From the sequence record DRR723986_7470: a stretch of 48,451 nt of DNA, one strand, 5' to 3'. A model generated the notes under the pieces. It saw only the letters and a program-made list of their open reading frames with translations, was not told where the DNA came from and searched no databases. Of this stretch, positions 38,301-48,451 are shown piece by piece. Positions within the stretch are counted from its first letter, which is position 1. Each line of letters opens with the position of its first letter. The position numbers were made by a program, and so were the translations under genes.

Positions 38301-40193
38301 GTGGATTACCCGGAACAGTTTGACGTTATTGTGATCGGTGGTGGACACGCCGGTACCGAGGCGTGCCTGGCTGCGGCGCGGATGGGCTGTCGTACGCTGC
38401 TGTTGACCCATAGCGTTGATACCCTTGGCCAGATGTCTTGCAACCCGGCTATTGGCGGTATCGGCAAAAGCCACCTGGTCAAGGAAGTTGACGCACTTGG
38501 CGGCGCCATGGCTCGGGCTACCGACCGGGCCGGTATCCAGTTCCGGGTTCTGAACGCGCGCAAGGGACCGGCTGTCAGGGCTACCCGCGCCCAGGCGGAC
38601 CGTGTCCTGTACCGCAACGCGATCCGCCAGATCCTTGAGGCTGAACCCAATCTGTCGATTTTCCAGCAGGCAGTCGATGACCTCGTGCTCGAAGGTGGAC
38701 GGGTTGCCGGCGCCGTCACCCAGATGGGTGTGACTTTTCGAGCGCCCTGCGTTGTTCTCACCACCGGCACTTTTCTCGGCGGTCGAATTCACATCGGGCT
38801 GGAAAACAGCGCCGGTGGTCGTGCCGGTGATCCGCCTTCGATTGCCCTCGCAGATCGGTTGCGCGAATTACCGTTCCGGGTTGAACGCCTGAAAACGGGT
38901 ACCCCACCAAGAATTGATGCCCGCTCGGTAGATTTCTCGCAGTTGGAGCAACAGTGGGGAGACCAACCGATCCCGGTCATGTCATTCCTGGGTGACGCGG
39001 CAGAACATCCGGAGCAACGCTGTTGCTGGATTACCCATACCAACGAGCGTACCCACGAGATCATTCGCGGCGGTCTTGACCGTTCGCCGATGTACTCCGG
39101 GGTGATTGAAGGTGTCGGACCGCGATACTGTCCCAGCATCGAGGACAAGATTCACCGCTTTGCAGACAAGAATTCGCACCAGGTGTTTATCGAGCCAGAA
39201 GGGCTGTCCACACCGGAACTGTATCCCAACGGTATCTCAACCAGCCTGCCCTTCGATGTGCAGATGGCACTGGTTCGATCGATCCGGGGATTCGAGCAGG
39301 CACATATCACCCGGCCCGGCTACGCCATAGAGTACGATTTCTTCGATCCCCGCGACCTGCGCTACTCATTGGAGACCAGGGCAGTACCCGGGCTCTACTT
39401 TGCCGGCCAGATCAATGGCACCACCGGTTACGAAGAGGCGGCTGCCCAGGGTCTGCTGGCAGGCTTGAATGCCGCGCTGGCGGTACAGGGTAAGGATCCC
39501 TGGTGTCCGCGCCGGGACGAGGCCTACATCGGCGTACTGGTCGATGACCTGATTACCATGGGTACCCTGGAACCCTACCGTATGTTCACCTCGCGCGCGG
39601 AATACCGTTTGCTGTTGCGAGAAGATAACGCGGACCTGCGACTCACACCCCACGGTCGTGAACTTGGCCTGGTTGATGAGGCACGGTGGCAGCGATTTGA
39701 CCAGAAACGCGAGGCGATTGAGCGTGAAACCTCCCGTCTGGCGAGCAGCTTTGTGCATCCCGGAAGCGACGAGTCCCGGGTGATTGAGGATAAGCTTGGC
39801 AAGCCGCTGTCGCGGGAGTATTCCCTGGCCGATCTGCTCAAGCGTCCCGAACTGGATTACGACGATGTGGCGGGACTCAAGGGTCAGCCCCTGGATGATC
39901 GGCAGGCTGCGGAACAGGTAGCGATTCAGGCCAAGTACGCCGGTTACATTGATCGGCAACAGGAAGAGATCGAGCGGCTGCGGCGGCATGAAAACACGCC
40001 GCTTCCCGCCGCGCTCGATTACGGCCTGGTAGACGGACTGTCGAACGAGGTACGCCAGAAGCTCTCGGAGGCCAGACCGGAAACCCTGGCGAGGGCGAGT
40101 CGGATTCCGGGTGTTACCCCGGCGGCGGTCTCGCTGCTGCTGATTCACCTGAAAAAGCGCAGCGCAGCGGAACCCGGGCGCCAGCTCGCCTGA
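38301..40193 (+). CDS. mnmG: tRNA uridine-5-carboxymethylaminomethyl modification enzyme MnmG (GidA)
   Basis: [58 protein letters not shown] 38301 is the likely start. Confidence 0.99.
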   Translation: MDYPEQFDVIVIGGGHAGTEACLAAARMGCRTLLLTHSVDTLGQMSCNPAIGGIGKSHLVKEVDALGGAMARATDRAGIQFRVLNARKGPAVRATRAQADRVLYRNAIRQILEAEPNLSIFQQAVDDLVLEGGRVAGAVTQMGVTFRAPCVVLTTGTFLGGRIHIGLENSAGGRAGDPPSIALADRLRELPFRVERLKTGTPPRIDARSVDFSQLEQQWGDQPIPVMSFLGDAAEHPEQRCCWITHTNERTHEIIRGGLDRSPMYSGVIEGVGPRYCPSIEDKIHRFADKNSHQVFIEPEGLSTPELYPNGISTSLPFDVQMALVRSIRGFEQAHITRPGYAIEYDFFDPRDLRYSLETRAVPGLYFAGQINGTTGYEEAAAQGLLAGLNAALAVQGKDPWCPRRDEAYIGVLVDDLITMGTLEPYRMFTSRAEYRLLLREDNADLRLTPHGRELGLVDEARWQRFDQKREAIERETSRLASSFVHPGSDESRVIEDKLGKPLSREYSLADLLKRPELDYDDVAGLKGQPLDDRQAAEQVAIQAKYAGYIDRQQEEIERLRRHENTPLPAALDYGLVDGLSNEVRQKLSEARPETLARASRIPGVTPAAVSLLLIHLKKRSAAEPGRQLA

Positions 40194-40194
40194 T

Positions 40195-40833
40195 TTGGAC
40201 GCAGCGCTGTTCGACAGGCTTGAAGCCGGCTGCGCCTCGCTGTCCCTGGCACTCGATCAGGCGCAACTGGATGCCCTCGGCCTGTATCTCGACCTGCTGG
40301 TCAAATGGAACCGGGCATACAATCTCACGGCAGTGCGTGACCCGGCGGATATGGTTACCCGGCATTTGCTGGACAGCTTGGCTGTAGCGGCCCTGTTACC
40401 GTCCGGACGATGCATTGACGTTGGTACCGGGGCGGGTCTTCCCGGTGTCCCCCTGGCTATCTGCTTTCCTGATCGGGAGTTTCACTTGCTGGACAGTAAC
40501 GGCAAGAAGACCCGTTTTCTTTTTCAGGTGAAAACCGGACTGGGCTTGGCTAATATGACGGTTCACCAGGCGCGGGTAGAGCAGTTCCGCCCAAGCCTAC
40601 CGTTCGATATTGTTGTATCGCGCGCGTTCGCTTCCCTGGAAGATATGGTCCGAGGTTGCAGGCATCTGCTGTCGCCCGGCGGTCGCTACCTGGCGATGAA
40701 AGGCGTCTTTCCGCAGGAAGAACTGGCTGCGGTGGAAGCCAAGGTCAAGCTACTGGCCTCGCACCGGCTGCACGTTCCCGGTCTGGACGAGGAGCGACAC
40801 CTGCTGGAACTGGCCGACGAACCGGCCGCTTAA
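40195..40833 (+). CDS. rsmG: 16S rRNA m7G527 methyltransferase RsmG (GidB)
   Basis: KWNRAYNLTAVRD, RHLLDSL, DVGTGAGLPG, SRAFASL. Confidence 0.97.
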   Translation: MDAALFDRLEAGCASLSLALDQAQLDALGLYLDLLVKWNRAYNLTAVRDPADMVTRHLLDSLAVAALLPSGRCIDVGTGAGLPGVPLAICFPDREFHLLDSNGKKTRFLFQVKTGLGLANMTVHQARVEQFRPSLPFDIVVSRAFASLEDMVRGCRHLLSPGGRYLAMKGVFPQEELAAVEAKVKLLASHRLHVPGLDEERHLLELADEPAA

Positions 40834-40837
40834 TCAA

Positions 40838-41662
40838 TTGGGAAACAGACCTTTGGCAAGGATTCTCGCAATCGCGAACCAGAAAGGCGGGGTTGGTAAA
40901 ACTACAACCTGCGTAAACCTTGCTGCTTCGCTGGCGGCAATGAAGCACCGGGTGTTGCTGGTTGACCTCGACCCGCAGGGCAATGCCACTATGGGTAGCG
41001 GGATCGACAAGTACGCGGTTGAGCGCAGTATTTATGATGTGCTGGTACATCGTGCACCGGTGGCACAGGTCGCACTCCGGGCAGAGGATGCCGGCTTCGA
41101 TGTATTGCCTGCGAATGGCGATCTGACGGCGGCGGAAGTTGAACTGCTGACCGTCGATGGCCGGGAGCGGCGACTGCGGGCGGCGTTGATCGAGGCTGCC
41201 GGCAGCTACGACTTCATGCTGATCGACTGTCCGCCCTCGCTGAACATGTTGACCCTGAATGGTTTGGTGGCCGCGGACGGTGTGGTTATCGCCATGCAGT
41301 GCGAGTACTTTGCATTGGAGGGACTGACTGCGCTGATGGAGACTATCCGCCGGGTAGCCGAATCGGTTAACCATGAGCTGCAAATTGAGGGCATACTGCG
41401 CACCATGTACGATCCGCGCAACAGCTTGACCAACCAGGTATCGGCGCAGCTCCATGAGCACTTTGGTGACAAGGTCTATCGTACCGTCGTGCCGCGCAAT
41501 GTGCGGTTGGCGGAAGCACCCAGCCACGGCGTCCCGGCCCTGCAGTATGATCGCTACTCCCGGGGAGCCAAGGCCTACATGGCCCTGGCGGGAGAAATCA
41601 TCCGCCGGGAAGAGAAAATCGCCCGGTCTGGACAGGCCGATCCGCTCGCACTGCGCGATTGA
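40838..41662 (+). CDS. parA: Chromosome partitioning ATPase ParA/Soj
   Basis: ANQKGGVGKTTT, DLDPQGNAT, IDCPPSL, PRNVRLAEAPSHG. True start may be the TTG near 40853. Confidence 0.97.
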   Translation: MGNRPLARILAIANQKGGVGKTTTCVNLAASLAAMKHRVLLVDLDPQGNATMGSGIDKYAVERSIYDVLVHRAPVAQVALRAEDAGFDVLPANGDLTAAEVELLTVDGRERRLRAALIEAAGSYDFMLIDCPPSLNMLTLNGLVAADGVVIAMQCEYFALEGLTALMETIRRVAESVNHELQIEGILRTMYDPRNSLTNQVSAQLHEHFGDKVYRTVVPRNVRLAEAPSHGVPALQYDRYSRGAKAYMALAGEIIRREEKIARSGQADPLALRD

Positions 41663-41678
41663 TGGGAGGTAACTGAGC

Positions 41679-42566
41679 GTGTCCAAGAAACGAGGACTGG
41701 GCCGAGGCCTGGATGCCCTGCTCTCTGCCAGCGCGTCGCCGGAACGGGCCGTCGGCCCGGCAGGCGATAGCACGGCTGCTGCTGTCGCCACCAGCCCAAA
41801 CGAATTACCGGTAGATGTGATCCAGCGCGGGCAGTACCAGCCCCGCCGGGACATTGATCCGGAGTCGTTGCAGGAACTCGCCGACAGCATCAAGGCTCAG
41901 GGTGTGATGCAGCCGATCGTGGTCCGGCCAATCTCCGACAAACGCTACGAAATTATTGCCGGTGAGCGACGCTGGCGCGCCACCCAACTGGCGGGTCTGG
42001 ATACGATCCCCGTGTTGGTCCGTGATGTACCGGATGAAGCCGCCATCGCCATGGCTCTTATCGAGAACATCCAGCGAGAAGACCTGAACCCCATCGAGGA
42101 AGCCATTGCCCTGCAGCGCCTGCAGCGGGAGTTTGAGCTGACCCAGCAGGAAGTAGCGCAGGCTGTGGGTAAATCCCGCTCCACCGTGGCCAATCTGTTG
42201 CGCCTGATGACCCTGGAAGAGGATGTTCGTACCCTGCTTGAACACGGTGACCTGGAAATGGGCCATGCCCGCGCCCTGCTTGGTCTCCAGGGCCGCGAAC
42301 AGGTAGTCGCGGCGCGCTCGGTGGTCGCCAAGGGTATGTCAGTGCGCCAGGCCGAAGCCCTGGTCCGCCGGTTCATCGCCCAACGGGACAAACCCGCCGC
42401 CGACAATCGCGCCCTTGATCCCAATATCCGCCAGCTGCAGGACGATCTTGCGGAAAAACTCGGGGCCAGGGTTCAGATCCAGCACAGCGCCAAGGGCAAG
42501 GGCAAACTTGTGCTGTCTTACAACAGCCTGGATGAACTGGACGGTATCTTAAGTCACATCCGCTAG
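41679..42566 (+). CDS. parB: Chromosome partitioning protein ParB/Spo0J
   Basis: KRGLGRGLDALL, IIAGERRWRA, ENIQREDLNPIEEA, HTH VGKSRSTVANLLRL. Confidence 0.98.
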   Translation: MSKKRGLGRGLDALLSASASPERAVGPAGDSTAAAVATSPNELPVDVIQRGQYQPRRDIDPESLQELADSIKAQGVMQPIVVRPISDKRYEIIAGERRWRATQLAGLDTIPVLVRDVPDEAAIAMALIENIQREDLNPIEEAIALQRLQREFELTQQEVAQAVGKSRSTVANLLRLMTLEEDVRTLLEHGDLEMGHARALLGLQGREQVVAARSVVAKGMSVRQAEALVRRFIAQRDKPAADNRALDPNIRQLQDDLAEKLGARVQIQHSAKGKGKLVLSYNSLDELDGILSHIR

Positions 42567-42713
42567 CTGCAATCTACCTTATCTAGTGGTTTGCCCGGGG
42601 CGGCATACCAGATGCTGTGGTGGTGAAGGCCGCGTCGGCAAGGCGCGCGGATATTGCAGCGAACAGCCGGGAAAACGCCGGTATTTCAGCGGGTTATTGC
42701 CGCTATCACGCGG

Positions 42714-42742
42714 TTGAACCTGTCGGGCAATCTGCCTATAAT
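42714..42742 (+). promoter_or_regulatory. sigma70 promoter for the atp operon
   Basis: TTGAAC (42714-42719), 17-bp spacer, TATAAT (42737-42742). Confidence 0.7.
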
Positions 42743-42793
42743 GCGCGCGCCCGAAACGAGGAAGAAACCCGTGTGGCAGACGGCAAGGGGAGT

Positions 42794-43186
42794 ATGGCGA
42801 GGCACACCGTAACGGGTGCCGCAATCGCGCGTCCTCCTGTCCATCGAATCACCCTGGCGCAATTAGCCATTCTTGTCCCGCTATGCCTGTTGACCTGGCC
42901 GATGACGGACGAGATAAGCGCCTACTCGCTGCTGTGCGGGGCACTGATATCGATATTGCCGCAGGCCTGGTTTGCCTCGGTAGCTTTCCGCCGACGCGGG
43001 GCGCAGCAAGCCCGCGCGATTGCCAGGCTGAGCTATGCGGGAGAAATAGGAAAGTTCCTGTTGAGTGTGGCCGGCTTTGCGTTGGTCTTCGCCATTGTTC
43101 GCCCGATTGATGGGCTGGCGGTGTTCATCGGGTTCCTCCTCATGTTGGGGATACAGATTTTTGGTAGCTGGCGCCTGCTCCGGTAG
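42794..43186 (+). CDS. atpI: ATP synthase protein I
   Basis: Small four-TM protein with YAGEIGKF, first gene of the atp operon. AAGGGGAG RBS before ATG 42794. Confidence 0.85.
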   Translation: MARHTVTGAAIARPPVHRITLAQLAILVPLCLLTWPMTDEISAYSLLCGALISILPQAWFASVAFRRRGAQQARAIARLSYAGEIGKFLLSVAGFALVFAIVRPIDGLAVFIGFLLMLGIQIFGSWRLLR

Positions 43187-43222
43187 CGGTAGCGCCGCAG
43201 ACTGAGTGAAGAGTTGGATTAG

Positions 43223-44101
<879 letters not shown>

Positions 44102-44136
44102 TTTACCTTAACTTCAACTTTGCTGTTTATAGCTAG

Positions 44137-44373
<237 letters not shown>

Positions 44374-44443
44374 GCGGCATCATTGACAGTCAGGAACGGG
44401 GCCGTGGAATTCAGCGACCCCCACAAATCGTGAGGAGCAAGGC

Positions 44444-44914
44444 GTGAATATTAATCTGACGCTGATAGGGCAGATGCTGGCGTTCGTAGGATTCGTCGTT
44501 TTCTGCATGAAGTATGTGTGGCCGCCGATCATCGCCGCCATGCAGGAGCGCGAACAGAAGATAGCCGACGGCCTGGCTGCAGCTGACCGCGCCAGCCACG
44601 ACCTTGAGCTGGCGCAGGAAAAAGCAGTTGAGCGCCTCAAGGAAGCCAAGGTAGAAGCCGCCGGCATCGTTGAGTCCGCCAACAAGCGTGCCAACCAGAT
44701 CATCGACGAAGCCAAGGATGCAGCGCTGGTAGAAGCGGATCGCGTCAAGGCTGCTGCGCAGGCAGAGATTGAGCAGGAAACCAACCGCGCCCGCGAACAG
44801 CTGCGCGGCCAGGTAGCGGCCCTGTCTCTGGCAGGTGCGGAGAAAGTTCTGGGCGCAACCATCGACAAGCAGGCCCACTCCGAGCTGGTCGACAAGCTCG
44901 CGGCTGAGCTGTAA
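44444..44914 (+). CDS. atpF: ATP synthase F0 subunit b
   Basis: [10 protein letters not shown]...FCMKYVWPP...IADGL. Confidence 0.98.
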   Translation: MNINLTLIGQMLAFVGFVVFCMKYVWPPIIAAMQEREQKIADGLAAADRASHDLELAQEKAVERLKEAKVEAAGIVESANKRANQIIDEAKDAALVEADRVKAAAQAEIEQETNRAREQLRGQVAALSLAGAEKVLGATIDKQAHSELVDKLAAEL

Positions 44915-44927
44915 GCGCGGAGAACCC

Positions 44928-45464
44928 ATGGCTGAACTGAGCACACTGGCGCGACCCTATGCCAAAGCGGCATTCGAGTACGCCCGCGACAACAGCGCGC
45001 TGCCGCAGTGGCAGGAACAGCTGGCGACGGTTGCCGCCGTCAGCATGGATCCGGCGATGGCCGCAGCCCTGAACGACCCGTCACTTACCGCGGAACAACA
45101 GGCCAGCACCCTGCTGGATGTGTGTGGTGACAGCGCCGGCCAGGGTGTGCGTAATTTTGTCGCCATCCTCGCAGCTAACAAGCGGCTTGGATTGCTGCCG
45201 GAGATACACGGCCTGTTCGCGCAGTTCAAGGCGAATCAGGAGAAAGCGGTCGATGTGGAAGTCATCTCGGCGTTTGACCTTGATGAGGCTACCTGCACCA
45301 AGCTCGCGGCGGTTCTCGGCAAGAAAATGGAACGCGAAGTAAAAGTCAGCACCACCACCGACAGTGATTTGCTCGGTGGGGTATTAATCCGGGCCGGCGA
45401 TATGGTGATCGACGGCTCCGTGCGCGGCAGGCTGAACAAGCTTGCCGAGGCAATGAATTCGTAA
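44928..45464 (+). CDS. atpH: ATP synthase F1 subunit delta
   Basis: [16 protein letters not shown]...[27 protein letters not shown]. Confidence 0.98.
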   Translation: MAELSTLARPYAKAAFEYARDNSALPQWQEQLATVAAVSMDPAMAAALNDPSLTAEQQASTLLDVCGDSAGQGVRNFVAILAANKRLGLLPEIHGLFAQFKANQEKAVDVEVISAFDLDEATCTKLAAVLGKKMEREVKVSTTTDSDLLGGVLIRAGDMVIDGSVRGRLNKLAEAMNS

Positions 45465-45480
45465 GATTGAGGAACAGAGC

Positions 45481-47025
45481 ATGCAGCAACTGAATCCATC
45501 AGAGATCAGCGAGATCATCAAGCAGCGCATCGACCAGCTTGATGTCAGCTCCGAAGCTCGCAATGAAGGAACCGTGGTGTCGGTAACCGACGGCATCATC
45601 CGGATTCACGGCCTCACCGACGTGATGTACGGTGAAATGATCGAGTTCGACGGCGGCGTTTACGGTATGGCGCTGAACCTCGAGCGCGATTCAGTGGGCG
45701 CCGTGGTCCTCGGTGAATATAAGGGTCTGGCAGAAGGCCAGAGCTGTCGTTGCACCGGCCGCATCCTCGAGGTGCCGGTTGGTCCCGAGCTTCAGGGTCG
45801 GGTAGTCGATGCCCTGGGTAGCCCGATTGACGGCAAAGGCCCGGTCAATGCGGCAATGACTGACGCGCTGGAGAAAGTAGCCCCGGGCGTTATTGCCCGC
45901 CAGTCGGTAGACCAGCCGGTCCAGATCGGCCTGAAAGCCATTGATGCCATGGTGCCGATCGGTCGAGGCCAGCGGGAGCTGATCATCGGCGACCGCCAGG
46001 TAGGTAAAACGGCGATCGCGGTCGACGCCATCATCAACCAGAAAGGCACCGGCATTAAGTGTATCTACGTCGCTGTCGGCCAGAAGGCCTCTTCCGTGGC
46101 CTCGGTGGTGCGCAAGCTGGAAGAGCACGGTGCGATGGACCACACGATCGTGGTAGCGGCGACCGCCTCCGATCCTGCGGCCATGCAGTTCCTGGCACCA
46201 TTTGCCGGCTGCACCATGGGTGAGTATTACCGCGATCGCGGTGAAGACGCCCTGATTATCTATGATGACCTGACGAAGCAAGCCTGGGCGTATCGCCAGA
46301 TCTCGCTGCTGCTGCGTCGTCCTCCGGGCCGGGAAGCCTATCCCGGTGACGTGTTTTACCTCCACTCACGTCTGCTCGAACGCGCTGCGCGAGTAAACGC
46401 AGATTACGTGGAGAACTTTACCAACGGCGAAGTCAAAGGCAAGACCGGCTCGCTGACCGCACTGCCGGTTATTGAAACCCAGGCGGGTGACGTTTCCGCG
46501 TTCGTACCGACCAACGTGATCTCCATTACCGATGGCCAGATCTTCCTGGAAGCGGACATGTTCAACGCGGGTATTCGCCCGGCCATGAACGCCGGTATCT
46601 CGGTATCCCGGGTTGGTGGCGCCGCCCAGACCAAGATCATGAAGAAGCTGTCCGGCGGTATTCGTACCGCGCTGGCGCAGTACCGCGAACTGGCGGCGTT
46701 TTCCCAGTTTGCTTCTGACCTGGATGAGGCTACCAAGGCCCAGCTGGATCACGGTGAGCGTGTTACCGAACTGATGAAGCAGAAGCAGTACAGCCCCAAG
46801 AGCATCGCGGAAATGGGCGTTGTCCTGTACGCGGCTAACGAGGGTCACCTGAAGGACATCGAGGTCAGCAAGATCGGTGACTTCGAAGGAGCCCTGCTTT
46901 CTTACATGCACGCGGAGCACGGTGACCTGATGAAGGACATCGTGGCAACGGGTAACTACAGCGACGAGATCGAGGCCAGCTTCAAAGGCGCGATCGAGAC
47001 GTTCAAAGCGACCCAGACCTGGTAA
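45481..47025 (+). CDS. atpA: ATP synthase F1 subunit alpha
   Basis: [31 protein letters not shown]. Confidence 0.99.
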   Translation: MQQLNPSEISEIIKQRIDQLDVSSEARNEGTVVSVTDGIIRIHGLTDVMYGEMIEFDGGVYGMALNLERDSVGAVVLGEYKGLAEGQSCRCTGRILEVPVGPELQGRVVDALGSPIDGKGPVNAAMTDALEKVAPGVIARQSVDQPVQIGLKAIDAMVPIGRGQRELIIGDRQVGKTAIAVDAIINQKGTGIKCIYVAVGQKASSVASVVRKLEEHGAMDHTIVVAATASDPAAMQFLAPFAGCTMGEYYRDRGEDALIIYDDLTKQAWAYRQISLLLRRPPGREAYPGDVFYLHSRLLERAARVNADYVENFTNGEVKGKTGSLTALPVIETQAGDVSAFVPTNVISITDGQIFLEADMFNAGIRPAMNAGISVSRVGGAAQTKIMKKLSGGIRTALAQYRELAAFSQFASDLDEATKAQLDHGERVTELMKQKQYSPKSIAEMGVVLYAANEGHLKDIEVSKIGDFEGALLSYMHAEHGDLMKDIVATGNYSDEIEASFKGAIETFKATQTW

Positions 47026-47041
47026 TACCGAGGACCGCTAG

Positions 47042-47905
47042 ATGGCAGTCGGAAAAGAAATTCGCACCAAGATCTCGAGTATCCAGAGTACTCAGAAGAT
47101 CACCAGTGCGATGGAAATGGTCGCGGCCAGCAAGATGCGCAAGGCCCAGGACCGCATGGAGCTGGGCAAGCCCTACGCCCGCCGCATGCGCTCCGTCGTT
47201 GGGCATATTGCCAACTCCGCGCCGGAGTACAAGCACATTTACATGCAGGAGCGGGAGATCCGCCGCGTGGGATTTGTCGTGGTCTCAACCGACCGCGGCC
47301 TCTGCGGTGGCCTCAACATCAACCTGTTCAAGGCAACCGTCAAGGCGATGAAGGAGTGGGCGCAGCAGAACATCGAGATCGAGCTTTGCCTGATTGGCGC
47401 CAAGGCGGCGGCATTCTTCAACAGCTATGGTGGCAATGTAACTGCAGCCGTTCGTGACCTCGGTGAAGAGCCGGCCATTGCCGATCTTATCGGTGGCGTG
47501 AAGACGATGCTTGATGCCTATGAGGACGGACGAATCGATCGCCTGTTCCTGGTGAGCAACGAATTCGTTAACACCATGACCCAGAGCCCTACGGTTGAGC
47601 AGCTGTTGCCGCTTGAAGCCGAAGCAAGCGATGAGATGAAGCACCACTGGGACTACATCTATGAGCCGGACGCCAAGGAACTGCTGGAAGGTCTGCTGAC
47701 TCGCTACATCGAGTCCCAGGTTTACCAGGCGGTTGTGGAAAACGGCGCCTGCGAGCAAGCGGCGCGGATGCTGGCGATGAAGAACGCCACGGAAAACGCC
47801 GGTGAACTGATTGACGACCTGCAGCTGATTTATAACAAGGCGCGCCAGGCAGCGATTACCCAGGAGCTGTCGGAAATTGTGAGCGGCGCCGCGGCGATCA
47901 GCTAG
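47042..47905 (+). CDS. atpG: ATP synthase F1 subunit gamma
   Basis: [39 protein letters not shown]. Confidence 0.99.
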   Translation: MAVGKEIRTKISSIQSTQKITSAMEMVAASKMRKAQDRMELGKPYARRMRSVVGHIANSAPEYKHIYMQEREIRRVGFVVVSTDRGLCGGLNINLFKATVKAMKEWAQQNIEIELCLIGAKAAAFFNSYGGNVTAAVRDLGEEPAIADLIGGVKTMLDAYEDGRIDRLFLVSNEFVNTMTQSPTVEQLLPLEAEASDEMKHHWDYIYEPDAKELLEGLLTRYIESQVYQAVVENGACEQAARMLAMKNATENAGELIDDLQLIYNKARQAAITQELSEIVSGAAAIS

Positions 47906-47977
47906 GTCAGAGAACAACAGGCGGCAACATTGGGTTGCGGCTGAGCAGAATTGAAATTCGAAACAGAGGATCCGAAC

Positions 47978-48451
47978 ATGAGCAGCGGACGAGTCGTACA
48001 AATTATCGGCGCGGTCATCGACGTGGAGTTTCCACGTGACAGCGTGCCGAAGGTTTACGATGCACTCAAGATCACCGAGAAGGAAATCACCCTGGAAGTC
48101 CAGCAGCAGCTGGGCGACGGCGTGGTCCGGGCGATTGCCATGGGTTCTTCCGAGGGCCTGAGTCGCGGACTGGCGGTAGAAAATACCGGCGCACCGATTT
48201 CCGTTCCTGTTGGGGTTGAGACCCTGGGCCGGATTATGGACGTGCTGGGTAACCCCATTGATGAGCGCGGACCCATCGGCGAGAAGGAGCGTGCTGCGAT
48301 CCACCGCGATGCGCCGACCTACGAAGAGCTGGCGGCTTCCGAGGAATTGCTGGAAACCGGCATCAAGGTTATCGATCTGGTTTGTCCGTTTGCCAAGGGC
48401 GGTAAGGTTGGCCTGTTTGGCGGTGCCGGCGTGGGCAAGACCGTAAACATG
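47978..48451 (+). CDS. atpD: ATP synthase F1 subunit beta (3' truncated by window edge)
   Basis: Manual translation [19 protein letters not shown]...ETGIKVIDL...[14 protein letters not shown]. Confidence 0.98.
   Translation, partial: MSSGRVVQIIGAVIDVEFPRDSVPKVYDALKITEKEITLEVQQQLGDGVVRAIAMGSSEGLSRGLAVENTGAPISVPVGVETLGRIMDVLGNPIDERGPIGEKERAAIHRDAPTYEELAASEELLETGIKVIDLVCPFAKGGKVGLFGGAGVGKTVNM

Noticed and set aside
40745-41893. 382-aa antisense ORF over parA/parB, and similar long shadow ORFs (3764-4813, 16956-17987, 19287-20378, 27849-28991, 47285-48304)
   Set aside because: They lie antisense to well-supported genes in GC-rich DNA and have no recognisable motifs; typical shadow frames.
42617-42793. 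N-terminal extension of atpI given in the ORF track
   Set aside because: It overlaps the predicted atp promoter; ATG 42794 has a strong RBS and gives a normal AtpI length.
48021-48040. ACGTGGAGTTTCCACGTG dyad and half-parS in atpD
   Set aside because: Only a half-site match; encodes the conserved DVEFPR of the beta subunit.

Overview
This is the chromosomal origin region of a GC-rich gammaproteobacterium. Gene order is Pseudomonas/Cellvibrionales-like; Halieaceae/OM60-NOR5 is plausible but is an inference. The right half (27-48 kb) is the conserved origin backbone: gyrB-recF-dnaN-dnaA leftwards, and rpmH-rnpA-yidD-yidC-mnmE, mnmG-rsmG-parA-parB and atpIBEFHAG(D) rightwards. It has two perfect parS sites inside recF and two DnaA-box/AT-rich intergenic regions (dnaA-rpmH and mnmE-mnmG). 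The left end carries trkH, djlA, an LpxL/HtrB-type acyltransferase, glyQS and rmuC. Between rmuC and gyrB is a ~20 kb accessory block, the most interesting part. (i) An atypical Pil-Chp-like chemosensory operon: ChpA is split into two genes, pilH is absent, chpB precedes pilG, and the MCP signalling tip is strongly diverged. (ii) The operon starts with two translationally coupled regulator-like genes (a GAFTGA-less, Walker-B-degenerate sigma54-activator-like protein and a Cro/CI-like HTH protein) behind a perfect 17-bp palindrome. (iii) After its terminator, a small orphan gene carries a perfect CRP/Vfr box. (iv) A secreted chalcone-isomerase-fold/TonB-C fusion. (v) An AraC regulator with a 21-bp-period direct-repeat site facing an in-frame-deleted TauD remnant and a fatty-acid-hydroxylase/sterol-desaturase gene. 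I saw no rRNA, tRNA, CRISPR array or transposase. All family assignments come from motifs recognised by eye; no database searches were run.
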